Below are positions 1 through 12,207 of a stretch of 64,000 bases of DNA, piece by piece. Origin of the DNA: Candidatus Fervidifonticultor sextus (GTDB taxonomy: Bacteria; Sysuimicrobiota; Sysuimicrobiia; Sysuimicrobiales; Humicultoraceae); contig JAVKHQ010000009.1 in the NCBI GenBank assembly GCA_031459875.1, positions 24,116 through 88,115 on the forward strand. The letters run 5' to 3'. Position 1 is the first letter of the stretch. The number at the start of each line of letters is the position of its first letter. Below the pieces are notes generated by a model. The model was not told where the DNA came from. It did no database searches and saw only the letters and a list, made by a program, of their open reading frames with translations. The position numbers and the translations under genes were made by a program.

Positions 1-128
1 GGGCTCCGCGAGGTCTTCGCAAACGCCACAGCAATGACCTCAGGAGGAAGGAGCCTGGGGCTGAGGAGGTAGATTTGGCGTTGGCGCTGCGATGGCGTTC
101 CGTCTGCGGAGGCGAACTGTGGGTACAT
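1..128 (-). CDS. thyX: FAD-dependent thymidylate synthase (ThyX/Thy1), 5' part only, runs off window
   Basis: Manual translation from ATG at 128 (SD GGGAGGAAGG upstream): MYPQ...RQIYLLSPRLLPPEVIAVAFAKTSRS, resembling the N-terminus of long ThyX proteins. Confidence 0.6.
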   Translation of the reverse strand, partial: MYPQFASADGTPSQRQRQIYLLSPRLLPPEVIAVAFAKTSRS

Positions 129-241
129 GGCCTTCCTCCCGGGGTCAGGGTATGATTCACCGTCCGGGGGGCAAACTCCTGCTTTTCAGCACAGGATCTT
201 GTGGCCGTGGGGCGATGATCCCCTAAATGTTGTGGCGGCAT

Positions 242-814
242 ATGGCTGAAGATCTCCTGCAGACCCTGAAGAGCCGGCTGGCGGCAAACCGGGCCCGGGA
301 TCTCCCTCCCCACCACCACCGGCGCGCGGCGGTCCTGGTGCCCGTCCTCGAGCCGGACGGGGTCCCACACCTCCTGTTCACCCGGCGGACGGAGACCGTC
401 GAACACCACAAGGGCCAGATTTCCTTCCCCGGCGGCGGTGAGGAGCCCGGGGACGAGAGCCTGCTGGACACCGCGTTGCGCGAGACCTACGAAGAACTCG
501 GGATCCCCCCATCCGCGGTGGAGGTATGGGGCCGCCTGGACGAGGCCGAGGCTGTAGTCTCGGGGTTCGCCATCACGCCGTACGTCGGGTGGATTCCCTG
601 GCCGATCGACCTGCGGCCGAACCCCAACGAGATCGCCGAGGTGGTCGCGGTGCCGCTGGCAGTCTTCCTGGACCCCGCCAACCTGCGCACGGAGCAGGTG
701 GAGCGCGACGGCCGCCGGCGCGAACTCCTCTTCTACGACTACCCGCCGCATGTCATCTGGGGCGTGACGGCCCGCATCGTGAGGAGCCTGACCGAACTGC
801 TGGCGGAGCCCTAG
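242..814 (+). CDS. Nudix hydrolase, CoA pyrophosphatase family
   Basis: AAVL..., RR...HKGQISFPGG, Nudix box TALRETYEELG, IWGVTA. Confidence 0.9.
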   Translation: MAEDLLQTLKSRLAANRARDLPPHHHRRAAVLVPVLEPDGVPHLLFTRRTETVEHHKGQISFPGGGEEPGDESLLDTALRETYEELGIPPSAVEVWGRLDEAEAVVSGFAITPYVGWIPWPIDLRPNPNEIAEVVAVPLAVFLDPANLRTEQVERDGRRRELLFYDYPPHVIWGVTARIVRSLTELLAEP

Positions 815-839
815 AGGCGCCGACTTCCGGGATCCCCGC

Positions 840-2051
840 CTACGGGGCGAACACGTAGACGGCGCCGCCGTGGTGGACGACGTTGAGTTCGCCGTCCTGG
901 TCCTCTCCGAACGAGCTGATGTTGAGCCCCGAATGCAACAGCAGCGCCATGACCCACCGCCCCGGCGACGTCTCGGTGAGGGTCCAGATCCGTCCGCTGC
1001 AGTAGTCCCCGAAGATGTACTTCCCCGCGAGTTCGGGTACCGCGGAACCCCGATAGACGTACCCACCGGTCACCGAGCAGCCCTGGGTGTGGTCGTACTC
1101 GGCGATGGGGAGCACAAGGTCCCCGACGCTGCAGGGCGTCCCGGGCGGGTAGCAGTGCGCGCCCTCCATGATATTCCACCCGTAGTTGTTGCCCTGCTCG
1201 ATGATATTGATCTCCTCCCAGGTGTTCTGGCCCACGTCGGCCAGGAACAGCCGATGGGTGACGCGGTCGAAGGAGAACCGCCACGGGTTGCGCAGGCCGT
1301 AGGCGTAGATCTCGCGGCGGACGCCGGCGATGCGGATGAACGGATTGTCCCGCGGGATCCCATACGGGGTCCCCCGGTCCACGTCGATGCGCAGCACCTT
1401 ACCGAGCAGCACATCCAGCCGCTGCCCGTTGCCCTGGGGATCGCCAGCCCCGCCGCCGTCGCCCAGGCCGATGTAGAGGGTGCCGTCGGGGCCGAACAGG
1501 TTGAGGCCGCCGTTGTGGTTGCGAAACGGCTGAGGGATCTCCAGCAGCACCCGCTCGGCGGGATCGGCCACATCGGGATTGGTGGGAGAGACCCGGTACT
1601 CGGCGATCACCGAGCGCCGGCCGCCGGTCTCCGTCGTGTAGTTCACGAAGAACCGGCCGTTGACCGCGTAGCGGGGGTGAAACGCCACGCTGAGCAGGCC
1701 CATCTCCCCGCAGCAGGTGACCCGGCTGCGGATGTCCAGGTAGGGCGTGGGGAGCAGCGCGCCGTTGCGGAAGATGCGGACCAGCCCGGCCTGCTCGACG
1801 ATGAACAGGCGGCCTGAGCCGTCCCCGGCATGCGTGACGTAGACGGGTTGGCTCAGTCCGCTCACCACCGGCCTCAGGACCGCCTGGCGGACCGGGCCCG
1901 GCCGCCGGGCCGGGGCCGGAGGCCGGGAGGGGGTCAGGACGGATAGCTGCGGTAGCGCCGCAGGCGGCGCGCCGACGTCCGACGACGCGTGCGCCACCAG
2001 GAGCAGCGCGCAGACCGCGGCCGCGGGCGGGAACCGGATCAGGGGGCGCAA
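840..2051 (-). CDS. PQQ-dependent sugar dehydrogenase (GSDH beta-propeller), secreted
   Basis: Signal peptide; GEMGLLSVAFHP, NHNGG..FGPDG.LYIGLGDGG, GLRNPWRFSFD. Confidence 0.9.
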   Translation of the reverse strand: MRPLIRFPPAAAVCALLLVAHASSDVGAPPAALPQLSVLTPSRPPAPARRPGPVRQAVLRPVVSGLSQPVYVTHAGDGSGRLFIVEQAGLVRIFRNGALLPTPYLDIRSRVTCCGEMGLLSVAFHPRYAVNGRFFVNYTTETGGRRSVIAEYRVSPTNPDVADPAERVLLEIPQPFRNHNGGLNLFGPDGTLYIGLGDGGGAGDPQGNGQRLDVLLGKVLRIDVDRGTPYGIPRDNPFIRIAGVRREIYAYGLRNPWRFSFDRVTHRLFLADVGQNTWEEINIIEQGNNYGWNIMEGAHCYPPGTPCSVGDLVLPIAEYDHTQGCSVTGGYVYRGSAVPELAGKYIFGDYCSGRIWTLTETSPGRWVMALLLHSGLNISSFGEDQDGELNVVHHGGAVYVFAP

Positions 2052-2064
2052 GGCCGCCGGTCCT

Positions 2065-3189
2065 TCATCGGACCGTCACGCGGATGACGCGGTCGTCGTC
2101 CGGTGCCGGGGTCCCCCGCCGGTCCCGGTTGCTGGTCAGGATGTAGAGGGCCCCATCGGGCCCCTCGGCCACATCGCGCAACCGGCCGAACTGCCGCTCG
2201 AACAGCGCCTCGAAGTGGAGGACGCGGCGGGGGTCGGCGGCATCAACGACGAGGCGGTAGAGCGCCTGACCGCGCAGGCCCGTAAAGAGCATCGAGCCCG
2301 CCCATGGCCCCCTGGTGACGAAGGCCGCGCCCGCCGGGGCCCAGGTGGTGGTCTCGCCGCTGTGGAGGACCGGCGGGACCATCCCGTCGCGCTGCTGGTC
2401 TCCGCTGACGGACGGCCAGCCGTAGTTCTTCCCAGGCTCGATGTAGTTGACCTCGTCGCGGCAGCACCCCTGGGGTCCGCTGGGGCCGTGCTCGGTGGCG
2501 TAGAGCCGGCGCGTCTGCGGCTGCCAGGCCAGCCCCTGGGGATTGCGATGTCCGTACGAGTACACAGGCGAGTTGGGGAACGGGTTGTCGGCGGGGGCGG
2601 TCCCGTCGAGGTTGAGCCGCAGGATCTTGCCATTGAGCGACGAGCGGTCCTGGGCCAGGTCGGGCACCTGCGCGTCGCCCATGGTCCAGTAGAGCTTGCC
2701 GTCCGGCCCCACCTTGACGCGCCCGCCGTCGTGGTTCGGCGCGCCGGCGACGTCGTCGACCAGGACCCGGTCCAGCACACCCCGGCCGCCAGCCGGATCG
2801 TCCCGCAGCCGGACCAGGCGGTTGACCAGCCGGCCGCCAGGCCCCCGGTAGGTGTAGGCCACGTAGACGAAGCGGCTCTGCGCGAACTGGGGGTCGAGCG
2901 CCAGGCCCAGCAGGCCGGCCTCGCTCACATCTGCAACGTCGATGGTCATCCAGGGTGCGGCCTGCACCTGACCGTCCCTGACGACGCGGATCCGGCCCGG
3001 CCGCTCGGTGAGGAAGATGCGGCCGTCCGGCGCGAAGTCGATCGCCCAGGGCACCTCCAGCCCGCGGATGATGGTCTCGACGGTGGGCACGCCCGCCTGG
3101 GCCGCCAGGCCGGGCCCCGGAGAGGCAAGCGACGCAACGACCGCGCCGCCGCAGACCAGCAGGACCAATGTCCTCATACCCCACCTCAT
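2065..3189 (-). CDS. PQQ-dependent sugar dehydrogenase (GSDH), secreted
   Basis: EAGLLGLALDP, HDGGRVKVGPDG, GHRNPQGLAW, EHGP, GRLRDVAEGPDG. Confidence 0.9.
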   Translation of the reverse strand: MRWGMRTLVLLVCGGAVVASLASPGPGLAAQAGVPTVETIIRGLEVPWAIDFAPDGRIFLTERPGRIRVVRDGQVQAAPWMTIDVADVSEAGLLGLALDPQFAQSRFVYVAYTYRGPGGRLVNRLVRLRDDPAGGRGVLDRVLVDDVAGAPNHDGGRVKVGPDGKLYWTMGDAQVPDLAQDRSSLNGKILRLNLDGTAPADNPFPNSPVYSYGHRNPQGLAWQPQTRRLYATEHGPSGPQGCCRDEVNYIEPGKNYGWPSVSGDQQRDGMVPPVLHSGETTTWAPAGAAFVTRGPWAGSMLFTGLRGQALYRLVVDAADPRRVLHFEALFERQFGRLRDVAEGPDGALYILTSNRDRRGTPAPDDDRVIRVTVR

Positions 3190-3299
3190 CTGGAAGACGA
3201 CATTCTTCTGTATCTTATTAGGTATCTTACCCGCTCCCGGATCGACCGTCAGGCCCCACCAAGCGGCAGACCCGTCCGTGGCGTATAATGACAGTCGGT

Positions 3300-4484
<1,185 letters not shown>

Positions 4485-4519
4485 AGGCGCCTCCGGTTGA
4501 ACCTTCCTGTTGACTCGCC

Positions 4520-4863
4520 GTGGTCGACTACCTCCCCGTCCTCATTCACTTCGTGCTGGTCGTCGGGCTCACGGTCACCCTGCTGGGTGCCCATGCCCTG
4601 CTGGGTGGGAGCCGGCCCCTGCCGCCGAAGCAGGAACCCTACGAGTCCGGCGTGTGGTCCGTCGGGTCGGCGCGCGAGCGCGTGCCGATCCGCTATTACC
4701 TGATCGCCATGCTCTTCATTCTCTTCGATCTCGAGGTCGTCTTCCTGTTCCCGTGGGCGGTCGTGTTCCGGCAGCTGGGCGCCTATGGCCTGGGCGCCAT
4801 GCTGGTCTTCCTGGGCGTGCTCGGCATCGGCCTGATCTACGCCTGGAAGCGGGGAGCGCTCGA

Positions 4864-4873
<10 letters not shown>
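4520..4873 (+). CDS. nuoA: NADH-quinone oxidoreductase subunit A
   Basis: [35 protein letters not shown]. Confidence 0.95.
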
Positions 4874-5356
<483 letters not shown>

Positions 5357-5373
<17 letters not shown>

Positions 5374-5884
5374 CCGGGCCGCCCTGGTCGCCCGCCGCCT
5401 GGGCGAGGCGGACGTGATCATCGAGGAGTTCCGCGGCGAGGTCACGGCGGTGGTGCCCGCGGAGCGCATCCTGGAGGCGCTGCGCGTGTTGCGCGACGCG
5501 CCTGAGGGGACGCCGGTGCTCACCGACCTGACCGCCCTCGACCGCTATCCGGCCGAGCCGCGCTTCGAGGTCGTCTACCTCCTCACCTGGTATGCGCCGC
5601 CGGCCCGCCTCCGGGTGAAGGCCCGGCTTTCAGGCGGCGCGCCCACGATCGCCAGCGCCACATCCCTCTGGCCGGCGGCCAACTGGCTGGAGCGCGAAGC
5701 CTACGACATGTTCGGCATCCGGTTCGAGGGGCACCCGAACCTGACGCGGATCCTGATGCCCGACGACTGGGAAGGGCATCCGCTCCGCAAAGACTTCCCG
5801 CTGACGGAGGAACCGGTGCAGTTCATCGGCCACGTGCCGAAGACGCCCAGCACGATCATTCCCAAGGCGCCGCCGCGTGGGTAG
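5357..5884 (+). CDS. nuoC: NADH-quinone oxidoreductase subunit C
   Basis: [31 protein letters not shown]. Confidence 0.95.
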
Positions 5885-7052
5885 CCGGACCGAGACCCTG
5901 ACCCTCAACATGGGCCCGCAGCACCCATCCACCCACGGGGTGCTGCGGTTGATCCTCGAGCTGGAGGGCGAGGTCATCCTGGGCGCCTCGCCGGTGATCG
6001 GCTACCTGCACACCGGGTTCGAGAAGGAAATGGAGCACCGGACCTACCACCAGAACATCGTCTTCCCGGCCCGGATCGAGTACCTGGCGACCTTCATCGA
6101 GGAGGCCGCCTACGTGCTGGCGGTGGAGAAACTGCTGGGCATCACCCCGCCGCCGCGGGCCCAGGCGGCCCGGGTCATCCTCTCGGAGCTCTCCCGCATC
6201 GCCAGCCACCTGGTGTGGCTGGGCACCAGCGCCCTCGATCTCCAGGTCACCAGCGTCTTCATCTACTGCATGCAGGACCGCGAGGAGATCCTCGACATCC
6301 TGGAGATGGTGTCCGGCCAGCGCATGATGCACGGCTTCCTCCGGATCGGCGGCATGCAGTGGGACCTGCCTGAGGGATTCGAGGCGCGCGTGCGCCGGCT
6401 GATGGACCGCCTGCCCTCCCGGATCGACGAGTACGATCGGTTGCTGACCGAGAACCTCATCTGGCGGAAGCGCACGGAGGGGATTGCGGTCCTGTCCCCG
6501 GATGACGCCCTGCGCTACGGCTGCACCGGTCCGATCCTGCGGGGGTCGGGCGTCCCCTATGACGTCCGCAAGGCCTTTCCCTACAGCGGGTACGAGCAGT
6601 ACCAGTTCGACGTGCCGCTGGGGAAGCACGGGGACGCCTTCGACCGGTACCTGATCCGGCTCGAGGAGATGCGCCAGAGCCGGCGCATCATCCTCCAGGC
6701 GCTCGATCGCCTGCCCGACGGTCCCTGGATCACAGACGACCGCAAGGTGGCGCTGCCGCCTCGAGCCGAGCTAGTGCGCAGCATGGAGGCGGTCATCCAC
6801 CAGTTCAAGCTGGTGAGCGAAGGCCTCCACCCTCCGGTCGGCGAGGTCTATGCGGCCGTGGAATCCCCCCGGGGCGAGAAAGGCTACTACATCGTCAGCG
6901 ACGGGAGCAACCGGCCTGCACGGGTCCGCGTCCGCGCCCCGTCGTTCAACAACCTGCAGGCGCTGCCGGTGATGCTCTACCGCGGCTACGTAGCCGACTG
7001 CGTGGTGGCCATCGCCAGCATCGACATCGTCCTGGGAGACGTGGACCGCTGA
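5877..7052 (+). CDS. nuoD: NADH-quinone oxidoreductase subunit D
   Basis: NMGPQHPSTHGVLRL, ESPRGE, DIVLGDVDR. Confidence 0.95.
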   Translation: MGSRTETLTLNMGPQHPSTHGVLRLILELEGEVILGASPVIGYLHTGFEKEMEHRTYHQNIVFPARIEYLATFIEEAAYVLAVEKLLGITPPPRAQAARVILSELSRIASHLVWLGTSALDLQVTSVFIYCMQDREEILDILEMVSGQRMMHGFLRIGGMQWDLPEGFEARVRRLMDRLPSRIDEYDRLLTENLIWRKRTEGIAVLSPDDALRYGCTGPILRGSGVPYDVRKAFPYSGYEQYQFDVPLGKHGDAFDRYLIRLEEMRQSRRIILQALDRLPDGPWITDDRKVALPPRAELVRSMEAVIHQFKLVSEGLHPPVGEVYAAVESPRGEKGYYIVSDGSNRPARVRVRAPSFNNLQALPVMLYRGYVADCVVAIASIDIVLGDVDR

Positions 7053-7537
7053 TGGCCGTCCCTCCTGCCCCCACCCTCAGCGAGGCGGCGCGGGCGGAGA
7101 TCCGCCGGCTGGCGGGGCGCTACGAGCACCGGCAGTCGGCGCTGCTGCCGGCGCTGTTTGTCGCGCAGGAGGAGGTGGGGTACCTGCCGCCGGAGGTGCT
7201 GGCGGCGGTGGCGGAGACGCTGGACCTGCCGCTGTCGGAGGTCGTGTCGGTGGCGTCGTTCTACCATCTGTTCCACCTGGAGCCGATCGGGCGGCACCTG
7301 GTGCAGGTCTGCACCAACCTCTCGTGCCTGCTGAATGGATGCCGTCAGGTCGTGCGGCGGTTGGAGGAGCACCTGGGGGTGGCGGCGGGCCAGACCACCG
7401 CGGACGGCCGGTTCACGTGGCGGGCGGTGGAATGCCTGGCGGCGTGCGAGGAGGCGCCGGTGGTGCTGGTGGACGAGGACCGGTGGCCGAAGGTCGCCCC
7501 CGAGGATGTGGCGGGGATCCTGGAGCGCTATCCGTGA
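7052..7537 (+). CDS. nuoE: NADH-quinone oxidoreductase subunit E
   Basis: VASFY, CTNLSC, ECLAAC..AP 2Fe-2S motif. Confidence 0.93.
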   Translation: MAVPPAPTLSEAARAEIRRLAGRYEHRQSALLPALFVAQEEVGYLPPEVLAAVAETLDLPLSEVVSVASFYHLFHLEPIGRHLVQVCTNLSCLLNGCRQVVRRLEEHLGVAAGQTTADGRFTWRAVECLAACEEAPVVLVDEDRWPKVAPEDVAGILERYP

Positions 7538-7547
7538 GGGGCGGCTG

Positions 7548-8798
7548 ATGCGGGAGTCGATCATCCTGAAGTGGGCGCAGACGCCGGGGATGGGAGACCT
7601 GGAGGCCTACCGGTCAGCCGGGGGCTACGAGGCCGCGCGCCGGGTGGCGGTGGGAGCGCTGACGCCGGACCAGGTGATCGAGATGCTGACAGCGTCGGGG
7701 CTGCGGGGCAAGGGCGGGGCGGGCTTCCCCACCGGGCAGAAGTGGAAGTTCATCCCCCGCCAGGCGCCGACCACGTACGTGGTGGTGAACGCGGACGAGG
7801 GGGAACCGGGGACCTTCAAGGACCGGACGCTCCTGGAAGGCTGCCCGCACCTGTTGATCGAGGGGATCCTGATCGCGGCGATGACGGTGGGCGCGAAGAA
7901 GGCCTACATCTACCTGCGGCGGGAGTTCCACCGGGCGCGGCGGGGGCTGGAGGCGGCGCTGGCGCAGGCCCGGGCGGCGGGGGTGGTGGGCGAGCGGGTC
8001 TTTGGGACCGGGCAGGCGGTGGAGATCGTGGTGCACACGGGGGCGGGGGCGTACATTGCGGGGGAGGAGTCGGCGCTGCTGGAGTCGCTGGAGGGGCGCC
8101 GGGCGCTGCCGAGGCTGCGGCCGCCGTTCCCGGCGCAGGCCGGGCTGTACGGGCAGCCGACGCTGGTCAACAACGTGGAGACGCTGTGCCACGTGCCGGT
8201 GATCCTCACCCTGGGGCCGGAGCGCTACCGCGGTTACGGCCCGCCGGCCCTGTTCTCCGTGAGCGGGTGCGTGGTGCGGCCGGGGGTCTACGAGGCGCCG
8301 CTGGGGGTGACGCTGCGGGCGCTGGTGTTCGAGTATGCCGGGGGGCTGCGGCCGGGGCGGCGGTTTGTGGCGGCGTTTCCCGGGGGGTCCTCGTCGATGC
8401 TCCTGACCGCAGAGCACCTGGATGTCCCGATGGACTACGACAGCCTGCGGCAGGTGGGCTCGATGCTGGGGTCGGCGGCGGTGATCGTCCTCGACGATAC
8501 CGCGGATCTCGTGGAGGTCATCGCCCGCGCCGTGGCGTTCTACCGCGACGAGTCCTGCGGCAAGTGCACGCCCTGCCGGGAGGGCACGGTCTGGCTCAGC
8601 CAGATCTTCGACCGCATCCTGGGGGGCCGCGGCCGGATGGAGGACCTGCACCTCCTGGAAAGCATCGCCCAGGGCATGACCGGGACATGCTTCTGCCCGC
8701 TGGGCGAGAGCGTCCCGCCCAGCCTGATCGCCTCGCTCCGCCACTTCCGCGGCGCCTATGAGCGGCACATCGCCCGGGCGGTGGTCCATGGCCGCTGA
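7548..8798 (+). CDS. nuoF: NADH-quinone oxidoreductase subunit F
   Basis: SGLRGKGGAGFPTG, NADEGEPGTFKDR, ESCGKCTPCREG, CFCPLG. Confidence 0.95.
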   Translation: MRESIILKWAQTPGMGDLEAYRSAGGYEAARRVAVGALTPDQVIEMLTASGLRGKGGAGFPTGQKWKFIPRQAPTTYVVVNADEGEPGTFKDRTLLEGCPHLLIEGILIAAMTVGAKKAYIYLRREFHRARRGLEAALAQARAAGVVGERVFGTGQAVEIVVHTGAGAYIAGEESALLESLEGRRALPRLRPPFPAQAGLYGQPTLVNNVETLCHVPVILTLGPERYRGYGPPALFSVSGCVVRPGVYEAPLGVTLRALVFEYAGGLRPGRRFVAAFPGGSSSMLLTAEHLDVPMDYDSLRQVGSMLGSAAVIVLDDTADLVEVIARAVAFYRDESCGKCTPCREGTVWLSQIFDRILGGRGRMEDLHLLESIAQGMTGTCFCPLGESVPPSLIASLRHFRGAYERHIARAVVHGR

Positions 8799-11187
8799 GG
8801 TCGGGGCCCGGACGGTCACCCTGACCATTGACGGCCGGCAGGTGACCGTGCCAGAGGGGACGACCGTCTACCAGGCCGCCCGGGCCGCCGGCGTCGAGAT
8901 TCCCATCTTCTGCTACCACGACCGCATGCCGCCGCTGGGCGCGTGCCGCATGTGCCTGGTCAAGGTAGAGAAGATGCCGAAGCTGCAGGCCTCCTGCACC
9001 CTGCCGGCCGCCGACGGCATGGTGGTCGACACGCAGGGCCCCGAGGTCCGGGCCGGACAGGAGGCTATCCTCGAGTTCCTGCTGATCAACCACCCGCTGG
9101 ACTGCCCGATCTGCGACAAGGGCGGCGAGTGCCCGCTGCAGGACCAGACCTTCCGGTGGGGCCCCGGCCGCAGCCGGTTCATCGAGCCCAAGCGCGACTT
9201 CGCCAAGCCCGTCTCGCTGGGTCCGGTGCTGACCCTCGACCGCGAGCGGTGCATCCTCTGCTGGCGCTGCGTGCGCTTCGGCGAGATCATCGCGGGCGAC
9301 GATGCCCTCAAGGGCTTCCAGCGGGGATTTGCCAGCGAGATCAACACCGCGTTCACGCAGCCGGTGGCCTCCAAGTTCATCGGCAACACCATCGCGATCT
9401 GCCCTGTGGGGGCGCTCACCAGCCGGCCCTACCGGTTCCGCGCCCGGCCGTGGGACAACCGGCCGGTGCCGTCTGCCTGCACCCACTGCGGCCTGGGCTG
9501 CGCGGTCTGGCTGGACGTGCGGGACAACCAGATCCTCCGCACCCGCGCGCGGGAGGAACCGGCGGTCAACGACATCTGGCTGTGCGACCGCGGCTTCTTC
9601 GGGCACGACTACGTGAGCGCGAAGGATCGGCTGACCACCCCCCTGGTGCGGCGCCACGGCCGGCTCGAAGAGACGTCCTGGGGTGAGGCCCTCGACCTGG
9701 TCGCCTCCCGCCTGCGCGCCTCGAGGACGCACGGGCCCGGGCGGGTGGCGTTCCTGGGGGGCGCGCGCCTGTCCAACGAGGAGGCGTGGGTGGCCTCCCG
9801 GTTCTTCCGCCAGGTGGTGGGCACGCCGCACCTGGACCATCGGGTGGACGCCCCGCCGGGCGGCGCCAGCCTGCGCGTCCCCTGGGGCCTGCGCGCGCCC
9901 ATCGAGGAGATCGGCCGCGCCGACGTGCTGGTGCTCATCGGCTGCGACGTCACCGAAGAGTACCCGGTGCTGTGGCTGCGGATGAAGCAGGCGGCCGACC
10001 GGGGCGCGACCCTCGTCGTCGTCCACGCCAAGCGCCTGGAGATCCACCGGTTCGTCCGGCACGAGCACTTGGTCCGCCATGACCGGCTGGCCGCCACGGT
10101 GGAGGACCTGGCCAGGGGTGCGGAGGCCACCGACGCGACGGTGGTCCGCACGGCCGCGTCGATCGCGGCAGGGGCCCGGGTCCACATCCTGGTCGGGCGG
10201 GGAGCCCTCGATGCCCCGGGCGGCCCGGCCCTGCTGCGGGCGGCGGCGCGCCTGGCGGCGCGGGTGAAGGGCACGCTCCACATCGCCCGCGGCAGGGGGA
10301 ACGAGATCGGCGCCCAGCGCTTCGGCCTGATCCCGTCGGATGGCGGCTGGAGCGCGCCCGAGATCCTGGAGGCGGCGGCCGACGGGAGGCTCGATGTGCT
10401 CTACGTGGCCGGCAGCGATCCGGCGACGGCGGTCACCGACCGCGCCGCCTGGGAGGCTGCCCGGCGGGGCGTGGGCTTCCTGGTGGTGCACGAGGCGTTC
10501 CTCTCGGCGACGGCCCGGTCGGCGGATGTGGTCCTGCCGGCGCTGGTGCTCCCCGAGAAGTCCGGCACCGTGACCAACCTGGAGGGCCGTACCCTCCCGC
10601 TGGCCGCGGCGGTGGTGGGCCCGGGCCAGGCCCGGGCCGATGACGCGATCTTCGCCTCCCTGGCCGCGGCCCTGGGCGTGACGTTCTCGTACGGCACCAG
10701 CGAGGAGCTCCTGGAGGAGATGCGCGCAGCCGTCCCCGACTTCCGCCCGGGGGCCCTCTCGCCGATTCCGCCGGTCAGCGTCCAGGCCGGCGCCCTCCGG
10801 AGGCCGGAGGCGCGCCCCGACGAGGAACCGGGGCGGACGGAGGCGTCCGGCCTGCATCTGGTGCTCACCGAGCAGCTCTTCACGCAGGGGGTCATGACAG
10901 GACGGTGCCGGGGCATCACGGACCTGGCGGGCGCCCCGCACTGCCTGATCCATCCCGACGATGCCAACCGGCTCGGCATCCGGGATCGGTCGTTGGTCGA
11001 ACTGGCGACCGCGCACGGCGCCGTCGTGCTGCAGGCGCGCACCAGCGATGTGACCCTACCCGGGCAGGTCCTGGTGCCCCGCGGCTACGACGCCGTCCCG
11101 GTGCACACGCTGGTCCGCTGGCCCCACCCCGCCGCCGCGGTCGCGGTGCGACCGATCCTGCCGGCGGCGGCCGGAGGTGGCGCGTGA
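8788..11187 (+). CDS. nuoG: NADH-quinone oxidoreductase subunit G
   Basis: IPIFCYH, GACRMCLV, NHPLDCPICDKGGECPLQD, CILCWRCVRF, CTHCGLGC. Confidence 0.95.
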   Translation: MAAEVGARTVTLTIDGRQVTVPEGTTVYQAARAAGVEIPIFCYHDRMPPLGACRMCLVKVEKMPKLQASCTLPAADGMVVDTQGPEVRAGQEAILEFLLINHPLDCPICDKGGECPLQDQTFRWGPGRSRFIEPKRDFAKPVSLGPVLTLDRERCILCWRCVRFGEIIAGDDALKGFQRGFASEINTAFTQPVASKFIGNTIAICPVGALTSRPYRFRARPWDNRPVPSACTHCGLGCAVWLDVRDNQILRTRAREEPAVNDIWLCDRGFFGHDYVSAKDRLTTPLVRRHGRLEETSWGEALDLVASRLRASRTHGPGRVAFLGGARLSNEEAWVASRFFRQVVGTPHLDHRVDAPPGGASLRVPWGLRAPIEEIGRADVLVLIGCDVTEEYPVLWLRMKQAADRGATLVVVHAKRLEIHRFVRHEHLVRHDRLAATVEDLARGAEATDATVVRTAASIAAGARVHILVGRGALDAPGGPALLRAAARLAARVKGTLHIARGRGNEIGAQRFGLIPSDGGWSAPEILEAAADGRLDVLYVAGSDPATAVTDRAAWEAARRGVGFLVVHEAFLSATARSADVVLPALVLPEKSGTVTNLEGRTLPLAAAVVGPGQARADDAIFASLAAALGVTFSYGTSEELLEEMRAAVPDFRPGALSPIPPVSVQAGALRRPEARPDEEPGRTEASGLHLVLTEQLFTQGVMTGRCRGITDLAGAPHCLIHPDDANRLGIRDRSLVELATAHGAVVLQARTSDVTLPGQVLVPRGYDAVPVHTLVRWPHPAAAVAVRPILPAAAGGGA

Positions 11188-11200
11188 TTCCCGCCGGGGG

Positions 11201-12205
11201 ATGCATCGGGTGGGCCCCGTGAGCGCCATCCTGGTCGAGGCCACGGTCAAGAGCGCCGTCCTTTTGGTCCTGCTGCTGACGGCCTTCGCCTACATGACCC
11301 TGCTCGAACGCCGGCTGATCGCCCGCTTCCAACTGCGCTATGGACCGAACCGGGTCGGCCCCCTGGGCCTGCTCCAGCCGCTGGCCGACGGGATCAAACT
11401 CATCTTCAAGGAGAGCTTCATCCCCGCCCGCGCCGACGTGCTGGTGTACTGGATCGCGCCGGCTGTCTCGATGATCGCGGCCCTGTTCGTCTACGCCGTG
11501 ATCCCCATTGGGCCGGAGGTCCAGATCTTCGGCCGCAGGGTGGCCCTGTACCTGGCCGATGTCAACATCGGGATCCTGCTGGTGCTCGGCGCCTCGTCGA
11601 TCGGCGTCTACGGCATCATCCTCGGCGGCTGGTCGGCCAACAACAAGTACGCGCTGCTGGGCAGCCTGCGCTCCTCGGCCCAGGTCATCAGCTACGAACT
11701 GGTCATCGGACTGGCGGTGGCCTCGGTGGTGCTCAGCGCGGGGTCGTTGAGCCTGGTGGACATCGTGAACGCGCAGCAGCGGCTCTGGTTCGTGGTCACC
11801 CAGCCGGTCGCGTTTCTCCTGTTCCTCATCGGGGGCGTCGCCGAGACCAACCGCGCCCCCTTCGACCTCCCCGAGGCCGAGCAGGAGCTGATCGCCGGCT
11901 TCCACACCGAGTACGGCGGGTTCAAGTTTGCCATGTTCTACGCCGGGGAGTACCTCGGCATTGTGACGATGAGCCTGCTGACCGCCACGCTCTTCCTGGG
12001 CGGCTGGCACGGGCCGGTCCTGCCCGGGGTGGTCTGGGTCGCGCTGAAGACGTTCGCCTTCGTCTTCCTGTTCATCTGGCTGCGCGCCACGTTCCCGCGG
12101 GTGCGCCACGACCAGTTGATGGGGCTGAGCTGGAAGGTGCTGATCGAGATCGGATTCGCCAACGTCGTGGTGACGGCGGCGGTCCTGACGCTGCTGGGAC
12201 GATAA
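11201..12205 (+). CDS. nuoH: NADH-quinone oxidoreductase subunit H (start 11201 or 11219)
   Basis: [34 protein letters not shown]. Confidence 0.95.
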   Translation: MHRVGPVSAILVEATVKSAVLLVLLLTAFAYMTLLERRLIARFQLRYGPNRVGPLGLLQPLADGIKLIFKESFIPARADVLVYWIAPAVSMIAALFVYAVIPIGPEVQIFGRRVALYLADVNIGILLVLGASSIGVYGIILGGWSANNKYALLGSLRSSAQVISYELVIGLAVASVVLSAGSLSLVDIVNAQQRLWFVVTQPVAFLLFLIGGVAETNRAPFDLPEAEQELIAGFHTEYGGFKFAMFYAGEYLGIVTMSLLTATLFLGGWHGPVLPGVVWVALKTFAFVFLFIWLRATFPRVRHDQLMGLSWKVLIEIGFANVVVTAAVLTLLGR

Positions 12206-12207
12206 CC

